From Eledone cirrhosa (taxonomy: Eukaryota), in contig OZ024759.1 of assembly GCA_964016885.1 (NCBI GenBank), forward strand, positions 1,860,001 through 1,924,000: a DNA stretch of 64,000 bases. The letters are read 5' to 3'. A program made the translations under genes and the position numbers. The notes under the pieces were generated by a model. It ran no database searches. It saw only the letters and a list, made by a program, of their open reading frames with translations, and was not told the DNA's origin. Shown piece by piece: positions 13,701 through 30,230 of the stretch; the stretch's first letter is position 1, and the number at the start of each line of letters is the position of its first letter.

Positions 13701-16700
13701 CTATATTAGTAACATGACAAAGTCTATATTAGTAACATGACAAAGTCTATATTAGTAACATGACAAAGTCTATATTAGTAACATGACACAGTCTATATTA
13801 GTAACATGACACAGTCTATATTAGTAGCATGACACAGTCTATATTAGTAACATGATACAGTCTATATTAGAAACATGACAAAGTCTATATTAGTAATATG
13901 ACAAAGTCTATATTAGTAAAATGACAAAGTCTATATTAGTAACATGACAAAGTCTTTATTAGTAACATGACACAGTCTATATTAGTAACATGACACAGTC
14001 TATATTAGTAACATGACAAAGTCTATATTAGTAACATGACAAAGTCTATATTAGTAACATGACACAGTCTATATTAGTAACATGACACAGTCTATATTAG
14101 TAACATGACAAAGTCTATATTAGTAACATGACAAAGTCTATATTAGTAACATGACACAGTCTATATTAGTAACATGACACAGTCTATATTAGTAACATGA
14201 GACAGTCTATATTAGTAGCATGACAAAGTCTATATTAGTAACATGACACAGTCTACATTAGTAACATGACAAAGTCTATATTAGTAACATGACACAGTCT
14301 ATATTAGTAACATGAGACAGTCTATATTAGTAACATGACAAAGTCTATATTAGTAACATGACACAGTCTATATTAGTAACATGACACAGTCTATATTAGT
14401 AACATGACAAAGTCTATATTAGTAACATGACAAAGTCTATATTAGTAACATGACAAAGTCTATATTAGTAACATGACACAGTCTATACTAGTAACATGAC
14501 ACAGTCTATATTAGTAACATGACAAAGTCTATATTAGTAACATGACAAAGTCTATATTAGTAACATGACAAAGTCTATATTAGTAACATGACAAAGTCTA
14601 TATTAGTAGCATGACACAGTCTATATTAGCAACATGACAAAGTCTATATTAGTAACATGACACAGTCTATATTAGTAGCATGACAAAGTCTGTATTAGTA
14701 ACATGACAAAGTCTATATTAGTAACATGACAAAGTCTATATTAGTAACATGACAAAGTCTATATTAGTAACATGACACAGTCTATATTAGTAACATGACA
14801 AAGTCTATATTAGTAGCATGACAAAGTCTATATTAGTAACATGACAAAGTCTATATTAGTAACATGAGAAAGTCTATATTAGTAACATGACAAAGTCTAT
14901 ATTAGTGACATGACAAAGTCGATATTAGTAACATGACAAAGTCTATATTAGTAACATGACACAGTATATATTAGTAACATGACAGTCTATATTAGTAACA
15001 TGACAGTCTACATTAGTAACATGACACAGTCTATATTAGTAACATGACAAAGTCGATATTAGTAACATGACAATGTCTATATTAGTAACATGACAAAGTC
15101 TATATTAGTAACATGACACAGTCTATATTACTAACATGACACAGTCTATATTAGTAACATGACACAGTCTATATTAGTAGCATGACACAGTCTATATTAG
15201 TAACATGATACAGTCTATATTAGTAACATGACAAAGTCTATATTAGTAACATGACACAGTCTATATTAGTAACATGACACAGTCTATATTAGTAGCATGA
15301 CACAGTCTATATTAGTAACATGATACAGTCTATATTAGTAACATGACAAAGTCTATATTAGTAACATGACAAAGTCTATATTAGTAAAATGACAAAGTCT
15401 ATATTAGTAACATGACAAAGTCTTTATTAGTAACATTACACAGTCTATATTAGTAACATGACAAAGTCTACATTAGTAACATGACAAAGTCTATATTAGT
15501 AACATGACAAGGTCTATATTAGTAACATGACACAGTCTATATTAGTAGCATGACACAGTCTATATTAGTAACATGATACAGTCTATATTAGTAACATGAC
15601 AAAGTCTATATTAGTAACATGACACAGTCTATATTAGTAACATGACAGTCTATATTAGTAACATGACAGTCTACATTAGTAACATGACACAGTCTATATT
15701 AGTAACATGACAAAGTCGATATTAGTAACATGACAATGTCTATATTAGTAACATGACAAAGTCTATATTAGTAACATGACACAGTCTATATTAGTAACAT
15801 GAAAAAGTCTATATTAGTAACATGACAAAGTCTATATTAGTAACATGACAAAGTCTATATTAGTAACATGACAAAGTCTATATTAGTAGCATGACACAGT
15901 CTATATTAGCAACATGACAAAGTCTATATTAGTAACATGACACAGTCTATATTAGTAACATGACACAGTCTATATTAGTAACATGACACAGTCTATATTA
16001 GTAACATGACAAAGTCTACATTAGTAACATTACAAAGTCTATATTAGTAACATGACAAGGTCTATATTAGTAACATGACACAGTCTATATTAGTAGCATG
16101 ACACAGTCTATATTAGTAACATGACAGTCTATATTAGTAACATGACACAGTCTATATTAGTAACATGATACAGTCTATATTAGTAACATGACAAAGTCTA
16201 TATTAGTAACATGACACAGTCTATATTAGTAACATGACAGTCTATATTAGTAACATGACAGTCTACATTAGTAACATGACACAGTCTATATTAGTAACAT
16301 GACAAAGTCGATATTAGTAACATGACAATGTCTATATTAGTAACATGACAAAGTCTATATTAGTAACATGACACAGTCTATATTACTAACATGACACAGT
16401 CTATATTAGTAACATGACAAAGTCTATATTAGTAACATGAAAAAGTCTATATTAGTAACATGACACAGTCTATATTAGTAACATGACACAGTCTATATTA
16501 GTAGCATGACACAGTCTATATTAGTAACATGATACAGTCTATATTAGTAACATGACAAAGTCTATATTAGTAATATGACAAAGTCTATATTAGTAAAATG
16601 ACAAAGTCTATATTAGTAACATGACAAAGTCTTTATTAGTAACATGACACAGTCTATATTAGTAACATGACACAGTCTATATTAGTAACATGACAAAGTC

Positions 16701-19604
16701 TATATTAGTAACATGACAAAGTCTATATTAGTAACATGACACAGTCTATATTAGTAACATGACACAGTCTATATTAGTAACATGACAAAGTCTATATTAG
16801 TAACATGACAAAGTCTATATTAGTAACATGACACAGTCTATATTAGTAACATGACACAGTCTATATTAGTAACATGAGACAGTCTATATTAGTAGCATGA
16901 CAAAGTCTATATTAGTAACATGACACAGTCTACATTAGTAACATGACAAAGTCTATATTAGTAACATGACACAGTCTATATTAGTAACATGAGACAGTCT
17001 ATATTAGTAACATGACTAAGTCTATATTAGTAACATGACACAGTCTATATTAGTAACATGACACAGTCTATATTAGTAACATGACACAGTATATATTAGT
17101 TACATGACAAAGTCTATATTAGTAACATGACAAAGTCTATATTAGTAACATGACACAGTCTATATTAGTAACATGATGAAGTCTATATTAGTAACATGAC
17201 ACAGTCTATATTAGTAACATGACACAGTCTATATTAGTAACATGAAAAAGTCTATATTAGTAACATGACAAAGTCTATATTAGTAACATGACAAAGTCTA
17301 TATTAGTAACATGACAAAGTCTATATTAGTAGCATGACACAGTCTATATTAGCAACATGACAAAGTCTATATTAGTAACATGACACAGTCTATATTAGTA
17401 ACATGACACAGTCTATATTAGTAACATGACACAGTCTATATTAGTAACATGACAAAGTCTACATTAGTAACATGACAAAGTCTATATTAGTAACATGACA
17501 AGGTCTATATTAGTAACATGACACAGTCTATATTAGTAGCATGACACAGTCTATATTAGTAACATGATACAGTCTATATTAGTAACATGACAAAGTCTAT
17601 ATTAGTAACATGACACAGTCTATATTAGTAACATGACAGTCTATATTAGTAACATGACAGTCTACATTAGTAACATGACACAGTCTATATTAGTAACATG
17701 ACAAAGTCGATATTAGTAACATGACAATGTCTATATTAGTAACATGACAAAGTCTATATTAGTAACATGACACAGTCTATATTACTAACATGACACAGTC
17801 TATATTAGTAACATGACAAAGTCTATATTAGTAACATGACAAAGTCTATATTAGTAACATGACAAAGTCTATATTAGTAACATGACACAGTCTATATTAG
17901 TAACATGACACAGTCTATATTAGTAGCATGACACAGTCTATATTAGTAACATGATACAGTCTATATTAGTAACATGACAAAGTCTATATTAGTAATATGA
18001 CAAAGTCTATATTAGTAAAATGACAAAGTCTATATTAGTAACATGACAAAGTCTTTATTAGTAACATGACACAGTCTATATTAGTAACATGACACAGTCT
18101 ATATTAGTAACATGACAAAGTCTATATTAGTAACATGACAAAGTCTATATTAGTAACATGACACAGTCTATATTAGTAACATGACACAGTCTATATTAGT
18201 AACATGACAAAGTCTATATTAGTAACATGACAAAGTCTATATTAGTAACATGACACAGTCTATATTAGTAACATGACACAGTCTATATTAGTAACATGAG
18301 ACAGTCTATATTAGTAGCATGACAAAGTCTATATTAGTAACATGACACAGTCTACATTAGTAACATGACAAAGTCTATATTAGTAACATGACACAGTCTA
18401 TATTAGTAACATGAGACAGTCTATATTAGTAACATGACAAAGTCTATATTAGTAACATGACACAGTCTATATTAGTAACATGACACAGTCTATATTAGTA
18501 ACATGACAAAGTCTATATTAGTAACATGACAAAGTCTATATTAGTAACATGACAAAGTCTATATTAGTAACATGACACAGTCTATACTAGTAACATGACA
18601 CAGTCTATATTAGTAACATGACAAAGTCTATATTAGTAACATGACAAAGTCTATATTAGTAACATGACAAAGTCTATATTAGTAACATGACAAAGTCTAT
18701 ATTAGTAGCATGACACAGTCTATATTAGCAACATGACAAAGTCTATATTAGTAACATGACACAGTCTATATTAGTAGCATGACAAAGTCTGTATTAGTAA
18801 CATGACAAAGTCTATATTAGTAACATGACAAAGTCTATATTAGTAACATGACAAAGTCTATATTAGTAACATGACACAGTCTATATTAGTAACATGACAA
18901 AGTCTATATTAGTAGCATGACAAAGTCTATATTAGTAACATGACAAAGTCTATATTAGTAACATGACAAAGTCTATATTAGTCACATGACAAAGTCTATA
19001 TTAGTGACATGACAAAGTCGATATTAGTAACATGACAAAGTCTATATTAGTAACATGACACAGTATATATTAGTAACATGACAGTCTATATTAGTAACAT
19101 GACAGTCTACATTAGTAACATGACACAGTCTATATTAGTAACATGACAAAGTCGATATTAGTAACATGACAATGTCTATATTAGTAACATGACAAAGTCT
19201 ATATTAGTAACATGACAGTCTATATTACTAACATGACACAGTCTATATTAGTAACATGACACAGTCTATATTAGTAGCATGACACAGTCTATATTAGTAA
19301 CATGATACAGTCTATATTAGTAACATGACAAAGTCTATATTAGTAACATGACACAGTCTATATTAGTAACATGACACAGTCTATATTAGTAGCATGACAC
19401 AGTCTATATTAGTAACATGATACAGTCTATATTAGTAACATGACAAAGTCTATATTAGTAACATGACAAAGTCTATATTAGTAAAATGACAAAGTCTATA
19501 TTAGTAACATGACAAAGTCTTTATTAGTAACATGACACAGTCTATATTAGTAACATGACAAAGTCTACATTAGTAACATGACAAAGTCTATATTAGTAAC
19601 ATGA
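6606..19604. repeat. Near-perfect tandem duplication of a 6500-bp (284-monomer) block
   Basis: Markers at offset 6500: tagaaac 7368/13868, ACTAGT 7987/14487 and 12086/18586, gatgaa 10675/17175, gtcac 12481/18981. 284x23 - 16x2 = 6500 matches the 16 21-mers counted. Confidence 0.93.
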
Positions 19605-22600
19605 CAAGGTCTATATTAGTAACATGACAAAGTCTATATTAGTAACATGATACAGTCTATATTAGTAACATGACAAAGTCTATATTAGTAACATGACACA
19701 GTCTATATTAGTAACATGACAGTCTATATTAGTAACATGACAGTCTACATTAGTAACATGACACAGTCTATATTAGTAACATGACAAAGTCGATATTAGT
19801 AACATGACAATGTCTATATTAGTAACATGACAAAGTCTATATTAGTAACATGACACAGTCTATATTAGTAACATGAAAAAGTCTATATTAGTAACATGAC
19901 AAAGTCTATATTAGTAACATGACAAAGTCTATATTAGTAACATGACAAAGTCTATATTAGTAGCATGACACAGTCTATATTAGCAACATGACAAAGTCTA
20001 TATTAGTAACATGACACAGTCTATATTAGTAACATGACACAGTCTATATTAGTAACATGACACAGTCTATATTAGTAACATGACAAAGTCTACATTAGTA
20101 ACATTACAAAGTCTATATTAGTAACATGACAAGGTCTATATTAGTAACATGACACAGTCTATATTAGTAGCATGACACAGTCTATATTAGTAACATGACA
20201 GTCTATATTAGTAACATGACACAGTCTATATTAGTAACATGATACAGTCTATATTAGTAACATGACAAAGTCTATATTAGTAACATGACACAGTCTATAT
20301 TAGTAACATGACAGTCTATATTAGTAACATGACAGTCTACATTAGTAACATGACACAGTCTATATTAGTAACATGACAAAGTCGATATTAGTAACATGAC
20401 AATGTCTATATTAGTAACATGACAAAGTCTATATTAGTAACATGACACAGTCTATATTACTAACATGACACAGTCTATATTAGTAACATGACAAAGTCTA
20501 TATTAGTAACATGACAAAGTCTATATTAGTAACATGACACAGTCTATATTAGTAACATGACAAAGTCTATATTAGTAATATGACAAAGTCTATATTAGTA
20601 AAATGACAAAGTCTATATTAGTAACATGACAAAGTCTTTATTAGTAACATGACACAGTCTATATTAGTAACATGACACAGTCTATATTAGTAACATGACA
20701 AAGTCTATATTAGTAACATGACAAAGTCTATATTAGTAACATGACACAGTCTATATTAGTAACATGACACAGTCTATATTAGTAACATGACAAAGTCTAT
20801 ATTAGTAACATGACAAAGTCTATATTAGTAACATGACACAGTCTATATTAGTAACATGACACAGTCTATATTAGTAACATGAGACAGTCTATATTAGTAG
20901 CATGACAAAGTCTATATTAGTAACATGACACAGTCTACATTAGTAACATGACAAAGTCTATATTAGTAACATGACACAGTCTATATTAGTAACATGAGAC
21001 AGTCTATATTAGTAACATGACTAAGTCTATATTAGTAACATGACACAGTCTATATTAGTAACATGACACAGTCTATATTAGTAACATGACACAGTATATA
21101 TTAGTTACATGACAAAGTCTATATTAGTAACATGACAAAGTCTATATTAGTAACATGACACAGTCTATATTAGTAACATGATGAAGTCTATATTAGTAAC
21201 ATGACACAGTCTATATTAGTAACATGACACAGTCTATATTAGTAACATGAAAAAGTCTATATTAGTAACATGACAAAGTCTATATTAGTAACATGACAAA
21301 GTCTATATTAGTAACATGACAAAGTCTATATTAGTAGCATGACACAGTCTATATTAGCAACATGACAAAGTCTATATTAGTAACATGACACAGTCTATAT
21401 TAGTAACATGACACAGTCTATATTAGTAACATGACACAGTCTATATTAGTAACATGACAAAGTCTACATTAGTAACATGACAAAGTCTATATTAGTAACA
21501 TGACAAGGTCTATATTAGTAACATGACAGTCTATATTAGTAGCATGACACAGTCTATATTAGTAACATGATACAGTCTATATTAGTAACATGACAAAGTC
21601 TATATTAGTAACATGACACAGTCTATATTAGTAACATGACAGTCTATATTAGTAACATGACAGTCTACATTAGTAACATGACACAGTCTATATTAGTAAC
21701 ATGACAAAGTCGATATTAGTAACATGACAATGTCTATATTAGTAACATGACAAAGTCTATATTAGTAACATGACACAGTCTATATTACTAACATGACACA
21801 GTCTATATTAGTAACATGACAAAGTCTATATTAGTAACATGACAAAGTCTATATTAGTAACATGACAAAGTCTATATTAGTAACATGACACAGTCTATAT
21901 TAGTAACATGACACAGTCTATATTAGTAGCATGACACAGTCTATATTAGTAACATGATACAGTCTATATTAGTAACATGACAAAGTCTATATTAGTAATA
22001 TGACAAAGTCTATATTAGTAAAATGACAAAGTCTATATTAGTAACATGACAAAGTCTTTATTAGTAACATGACACAGTCTATATTAGTAACATGACACAG
22101 TCTATATTAGTAACATGACAAAGTCTATATTAGTAACATGACAAAGTCTATATTAGTAACATGACACAGTCTATATTAGTAACATGACACAGTCTATATT
22201 AGTAACATGACAAAGTCTATATTAGTAACATGACACAGTCTATATTAGTAACATGAGACAGTCTATATTAGTAGCATGACAAAGTCTATATTAGTAACAT
22301 GACACAGTCTACATTAGTAACATGACAAAGTCTATATTAGTAACATGACACAGTCTATATTAGTAACATGAGACAGTCTATATTAGTAACATGACAAAGT
22401 CTATATTAGTAACATGACACAGTCTATATTAGTAACATGACACAGTCTATATTAGTAACATGACAAAGTCTATATTAGTAACATGACAAAGTCTATATTA
22501 GTAACATGACAAAGTCTATATTAGTAACATGACACAGTCTATACTAGTAACATGACACAGTCTATATTAGTAACATGACAAAGTCTATATTAGTAACATG

Positions 22601-25600
22601 ACAAAGTCTATATTAGTAACATGACAAAGTCTATATTAGTAACATGACAAAGTCTATATTAGTAGCATGACACAGTCTATATTAGCAACATGACAAAGTC
22701 TATATTAGTAACATGACACAGTCTATATTAGTAGCATGACAAAGTCTGTATTAGTAACATGACAAAGTCTATATTAGTAACATGACAAAGTCTATATTAG
22801 TAACATGACAAAGTCTATATTAGTAACATGACACAGTCTATATTAGTAACATGACAAAGTCTATATTAGTAGCATGACAAAGTCTATATTAGTAACATGA
22901 CAAAGTCTATATTAGTAACATGAGAAAGTCTATATTAGTAACATGACAAAGTCTATATTAGTGACATGACAAAGTCGATATTAGTAACATGACAAAGTCT
23001 ATATTAGTAACATGACACAGTATATATTAGTAACATGACAGTCTATATTAGTAACATGACAGTCTACATTAGTAACATGACACAGTCTATATTAGTAACA
23101 TGACAAAGTCGATATTAGTAACATGACAATGTCTATATTAGTAACATGACAAAGTCTATATTAGTAACATGACACAGTCTATATTACTAACATGACACAG
23201 TCTATATTAGTAACATGACACAGTCTATATTAGTAGCATGACACAGTCTATATTAGTAACATGATACAGTCTATATTAGTAACATGACAAAGTCTATATT
23301 AGTAACATGACACAGTCTATATTAGTAACATGACACAGTCTATATTAGTAGCATGACACAGTCTATATTAGTAACATGATACAGTCTATATTAGTAACAT
23401 GACAAAGTCTATATTAGTAACATGACAAAGTCTATATTAGTAAAATGACAAAGTCTATATTAGTAACATGACAAAGTCTTTATTAGTAACATTACACAGT
23501 CTATATTAGTAACATGACAAAGTCTACATTAGTAACATGACAAAGTCTATATTAGTAACATGACAAGGTCTATATTAGTAACATGACACAGTCTATATTA
23601 GTAGCATGACACAGTCTATATTAGTAACATGATACAGTCTATATTAGTAACATGACAAAGTCTATATTAGTAACATGACACAGTCTATATTAGTAACATG
23701 ACAGTCTATATTAGTAACATGACAGTCTACATTAGTAACATGACACAGTCTATATTAGTAACATGACAAAGTCGATATTAGTAACATGACAATGTCTATA
23801 TTAGTAACATGACAAAGTCTATATTAGTAACATGACACAGTCTATATTAGTAACATGAAAAAGTCTATATTAGTAACATGACAAAGTCTATATTAGTAAC
23901 ATGACAAAGTCTATATTAGTAACATGACAAAGTCTATATTAGTAGCATGACACAGTCTATATTAGCAACATGACAAAGTCTATATTAGTAACATGACACA
24001 GTCTATATTAGTAACATGACACAGTCTATATTAGTAACATGACACAGTCTATATTAGTAACATGACAAAGTCTACATTAGTAACATTACAAAGTCTATAT
24101 TAGTAACATGACAAGGTCTATATTAGTAACATGACACAGTCTATATTAGTAGCATGACACAGTCTATATTAGTAACATGACAGTCTATATTAGTAACATG
24201 ACACAGTCTATATTAGTAACATGATACAGTCTATATTAGTAACATGACAAAGTCTATATTAGTAACATGACACAGTCTATATTAGTAACATGACAGTCTA
24301 TATTAGTAACATGACAGTCTACATTAGTAACATGACACAGTCTATATTAGTAACATGACAAAGTCGATATTAGTAACATGACAATGTCTATATTAGTAAC
24401 ATGACAAAGTCTATATTAGTAACATGACACAGTCTATATTACTAACATGACACAGTCTATATTAGTAACATGACAAAGTCTATATTAGTAACATGACAAA
24501 GTCTATATTAGTAACATGACACAGTCTATATTAGTAACATGACACAGTCTATATTAGTAGCATGACACAGTCTATATTAGTAACATGATACAGTCTATAT
24601 TAGTAACATGACAAAGTCTATATTAGTAATATGACAAAGTCTATATTAGTAAAATGACAAAGTCTATATTAGTAACATGACAAAGTCTTTATTAGTAACA
24701 TGACACAGTCTATATTAGTAACATGACACAGTCTATATTAGTAACATGACAAAGTCTATATTAGTAACATGACAAAGTCTATATTAGTAACATGACACAG
24801 TCTATATTAGTAACATGACACAGTCTATATTAGTAACATGACAAAGTCTATATTAGTAACATGACAAAGTCTATATTAGTAACATGACACAGTCTATATT
24901 AGTAACATGACACAGTCTATATTAGTAACATGAGACAGTCTATATTAGTAGCATGACAAAGTCTATATTAGTAACATGACACAGTCTACATTAGTAACAT
25001 GACAAAGTCTATATTAGTAACATGACACAGTCTATATTAGTAACATGAGACAGTCTATATTAGTAACATGACTAAGTCTATATTAGTAACATGACACAGT
25101 CTATATTAGTAACATGACACAGTCTATATTAGTAACATGACACAGTATATATTAGTTACATGACAAAGTCTATATTAGTAACATGACAAAGTCTATATTA
25201 GTAACATGACACAGTCTATATTAGTAACATGATGAAGTCTATATTAGTAACATGACACAGTCTATATTAGTAACATGACACAGTCTATATTAGTAACATG
25301 AAAAAGTCTATATTAGTAACATGACAAAGTCTATATTAGTAACATGACAAAGTCTATATTAGTAACATGACAAAGTCTATATTAGTAGCATGACACAGTC
25401 TATATTAGCAACATGACAAAGTCTATATTAGTAACATGACACAGTCTATATTAGTAACATGACACAGTCTATATTAGTAACATGACACAGTCTATATTAG
25501 TAACATGACAAAGTCTACATTAGTAACATGACAAAGTCTATATTAGTAACATGACAAGGTCTATATTAGTAACATGACACAGTCTATATTAGTAGCATGA

Positions 25601-28600
25601 CACAGTCTATATTAGTAACATGATACAGTCTATATTAGTAACATGACAAAGTCTATATTAGTAACATGACACAGTCTATATTAGTAACATGACAGTCTAT
25701 ATTAGTAACATGACAGTCTACATTAGTAACATGACACAGTCTATATTAGTAACATGACAAAGTCGATATTAGTAACATGACAATGTCTATATTAGTAACA
25801 TGACAAAGTCTATATTAGTAACATGACACAGTCTATATTACTAACATGACACAGTCTATATTAGTAACATGACAAAGTCTATATTAGTAACATGACAAAG
25901 TCTATATTAGTAACATGACAAAGTCTATATTAGTAACATGACACAGTCTATATTAGTAACATGACACAGTCTATATTAGTAGCATGACACAGTCTATATT
26001 AGTAACATGATACAGTCTATATTAGTAACATGACAAAGTCTATATTAGTAATATGACAAAGTCTATATTAGTAAAATGACAAAGTCTATATTAGTAACAT
26101 GACAAAGTCTTTATTAGTAACATGACACAGTCTATATTAGTAACATGACACAGTCTATATTAGTAACATGACAAAGTCTATATTAGTAACATGACAAAGT
26201 CTATATTAGTAACATGACACAGTCTATATTAGTAACATGACACAGTCTATATTAGTAACATGACAAAGTCTATATTAGTAACATGACAAAGTCTATATTA
26301 GTAACATGACACAGTCTATATTAGTAACATGACACAGTCTATATTAGTAACATGAGACAGTCTATATTAGTAGCATGACAAAGTCTATATTAGTAACATG
26401 ACACAGTCTACATTAGTAACATGACAAAGTCTATATTAGTAACATGACACAGTCTATATTAGTAACATGAGACAGTCTATATTAGTAACATGACAAAGTC
26501 TATATTAGTAACATGACAAAGTCTATATTAGTAACATGACAAAGTCTATATTAGTAACATGACAAAGTCTATATTAGTAACATGACAAAGTCTATATTAG
26601 TAACATGACAAAGTCTATATTAGTAACATGACACAGTCTATACTAGTAACATGACACAGTCTATATTAGTAACATGACAAAGTCTATATTAGTAACATGA
26701 CAAAGTCTATATTAGTAACATGACAAAGTCTATATTAGTAACATGACAAAGTCTATATTAGTAGCATGACACAGTCTATATTAGCAACATGACAAAGTCT
26801 ATATTAGTAACATGACACAGTCTATATTAGTAGCATGACAAAGTCTGTATTAGTAACATGACAAAGTCTATATTAGTAACATGACAAAGTCTATATTAGT
26901 AACATGACAAAGTCTATATTAGTAACATGACACAGTCTATATTAGTAACATGACAAAGTCTATATTAGTAGCATGACAAAGTCTATATTAGTAACATGAC
27001 AAAGTCTATATTAGTAACATGACAAAGTCTATATTAGTCACATGACAAAGTCTATATTAGTGACATGACAAAGTCGATATTAGTAACATGACAAAGTCTA
27101 TATTAGTAAAATGACAAAGTCTATATTAGTAACATGACAAAGTCTTTATTAGTAACATGACAAAGTCGATATTAGTAACATGACAATGTCTATATTAGTA
27201 ACATGACAAAGTCTATATTAGTAACATGACAGTCTATATTACTAACATGACACAGTCTATATTAGTAACATGACACAGTCTATATTAGTAGCATGACACA
27301 GTCTATATTAGTAACATGATACAGTCTATATTAGTAACATGACAAAGTCTATATTAGTAACATGACACAGTCTATATTAGTAACATGACACAGTCTATAT
27401 TAGTAGCATGACACAGTCTATATTAGTAACATGATACAGTCTATATTAGTAACATGACAAAGTCTATATTAGTAACATGACAAAGTCTATATTAGTAAAA
27501 TGACAAAGTCTATATTAGTAACATGACAAAGTCTTTATTAGTAACATGACACAGTCTATATTAGTAACATGACAAAGTCTACATTAGTAACATGACAAAG
27601 TCTATATTAGTAACATGACAAGGTCTATATTAGTAACATGACAAAGTCTATATTAGTAACATGATACAGTCTATATTAGTAACATGACAAAGTCTATATT
27701 AGTAACATGACACAGTCTATATTAGTAACATGACAGTCTATATTAGTAACATGACAGTCTACATTAGTAACATGACACAGTCTATATTAGTAACATGACA
27801 AAGTCGATATTAGTAACATGACAATGTCTATATTAGTAACATGACAAAGTCTATATTAGTAACATGACACAGTCTATATTAGTAACATGAAAAAGTCTAT
27901 ATTAGTAACATGACAAAGTCTATATTAGTAACATGACAAAGTCTATATTAGTAACATGACAAAGTCTATATTAGTAGCATGACACAGTCTATATTAGCAA
28001 CATGACAAAGTCTATATTAGTAACATGACACAGTCTATATTAGTAACATGACACAGTCTATATTAGTAACATGACACAGTCTATATTAGTAACATGACAA
28101 AGTCTACATTAGTAACATTACAAAGTCTATATTAGTAACATGACAAGGTCTATATTAGTAACATGACACAGTCTATATTAGTAGCATGACACAGTCTATA
28201 TTAGTAACATGACAGTCTATATTAGTAACATGACACAGTCTATATTAGTAACATGATACAGTCTATATTAGTAACATGACAAAGTCTATATTAGTAACAT
28301 GACACAGTCTATATTAGTAACATGACAGTCTATATTAGTAACATGACAGTCTACATTAGTAACATGACACAGTCTATATTAGTAACATGACAAAGTCGAT
28401 ATTAGTAACATGACAATGTCTATATTAGTAACATGACAAAGTCTATATTAGTAACATGACACAGTCTATATTACTAACATGACACAGTCTATATTAGTAA
28501 CATGACAAAGTCTATATTAGTAACATGACAAAGTCTATATTAGTAACATGACACAGTCTATATTAGTAACATGACAAAGTCTATATTAGTAATATGACAA

Positions 28601-30230
28601 AGTCTATATTAGTAAAATGACAAAGTCTATATTAGTAACATGACAAAGTCTTTATTAGTAACATGACACAGTCTATATTAGTAACATGACACAGTCTATA
28701 TTAGTAACATGACAAAGTCTATATTAGTAACATGACAAAGTCTATATTAGTAACATGACACAGTCTATATTAGTAACATGACACAGTCTATATTAGTAAC
28801 ATGACAAAGTCTATATTAGTAACATGACAAAGTCTATATTAGTAACATGACACAGTCTATATTAGTAACATGACACAGTCTATATTAGTAACATGAGACA
28901 GTCTATATTAGTAGCATGACAAAGTCTATATTAGTAACATGACACAGTCTACATTAGTAACATGACAAAGTCTATATTAGTAACATGACACAGTCTATAT
29001 TAGTAACATGAGACAGTCTATATTAGTAACATGACTAAGTCTATATTAGTAACATGACACAGTCTATATTAGTAACATGACACAGTCTATATTAGTAACA
29101 TGACACAGTATATATTAGTTACATGACAAAGTCTATATTAGTAACATGACAAAGTCTATATTAGTAACATGACACAGTCTATATTAGTAACATGATGAAG
29201 TCTATATTAGTAACATGACACAGTCTATATTAGTAACATGACACAGTCTATATTAGTAACATGAAAAAGTCTATATTAGTAACATGACAAAGTCTATATT
29301 AGTAACATGACAAAGTCTATATTAGTAACATGACAAAGTCTATATTAGTAGCATGACACAGTCTATATTAGCAACATGACAAAGTCTATATTAGTAACAT
29401 GACACAGTCTATATTAGTAACATGACACAGTCTATATTAGTAACATGACACAGTCTATATTAGTAACATGACAAAGTCTACATTAGTAACATGACAAAGT
29501 CTATATTAGTAACATGACAAGGTCTATATTAGTAACATGACAGTCTATATTAGTAGCATGACACAGTCTATATTAGTAACATGATACAGTCTATATTAGT
29601 AACATGACAAAGTCTATATTAGTAACATGACACAGTCTATATTAGTAACATGACAGTCTATATTAGTAACATGACAGTCTACATTAGTAACATGACACAG
29701 TCTATATTAGTAACATGACAAAGTCGATATTAGTAACATGACAATGTCTATATTAGTAACATGACAAAGTCTATATTAGTAACATGACACAGTCTATATT
29801 ACTAACATGACACAGTCTATATTAGTAACATGACAAAGTCTATATTAGTAACATGACAAAGTCTATATTAGTAACATGACAAAGTCTATATTAGTAACAT
29901 GACACAGTCTATATTAGTAACATGACACAGTCTATATTAGTAGCATGACACAGTCTATATTAGTAACATGATACAGTCTATATTAGTAACATGACAAAGT
30001 CTATATTAGTAATATGACAAAGTCTATATTAGTAAAATGACAAAGTCTATATTAGTAACATGACAAAGTCTTTATTAGTAACATGACACAGTCTATATTA
30101 GTAACATGACACAGTCTATATTAGTAACATGACAAAGTCTATATTAGTAACATGACAAAGTCTATATTAGTAACATGACACAGTCTATATTAGTAACATG
30201 ACACAGTCTATATTAGTAACATGACAAAGT
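14200..30230. repeat. Tandem duplication of an ~8.0-kb block (offset 8056 then 8014), itself a dimer of ~4-kb units
   Basis: Offset 8056: gagaaag 14866/22922, gatgaa 17175/25231, gtcac 18981/27037. Offset 8014: aagg 19608/27622, gatgaa 21180/29194. The offset changes at a 42-bp net deletion near 27104-27149. Outer boundaries are approximate. Confidence 0.88.
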
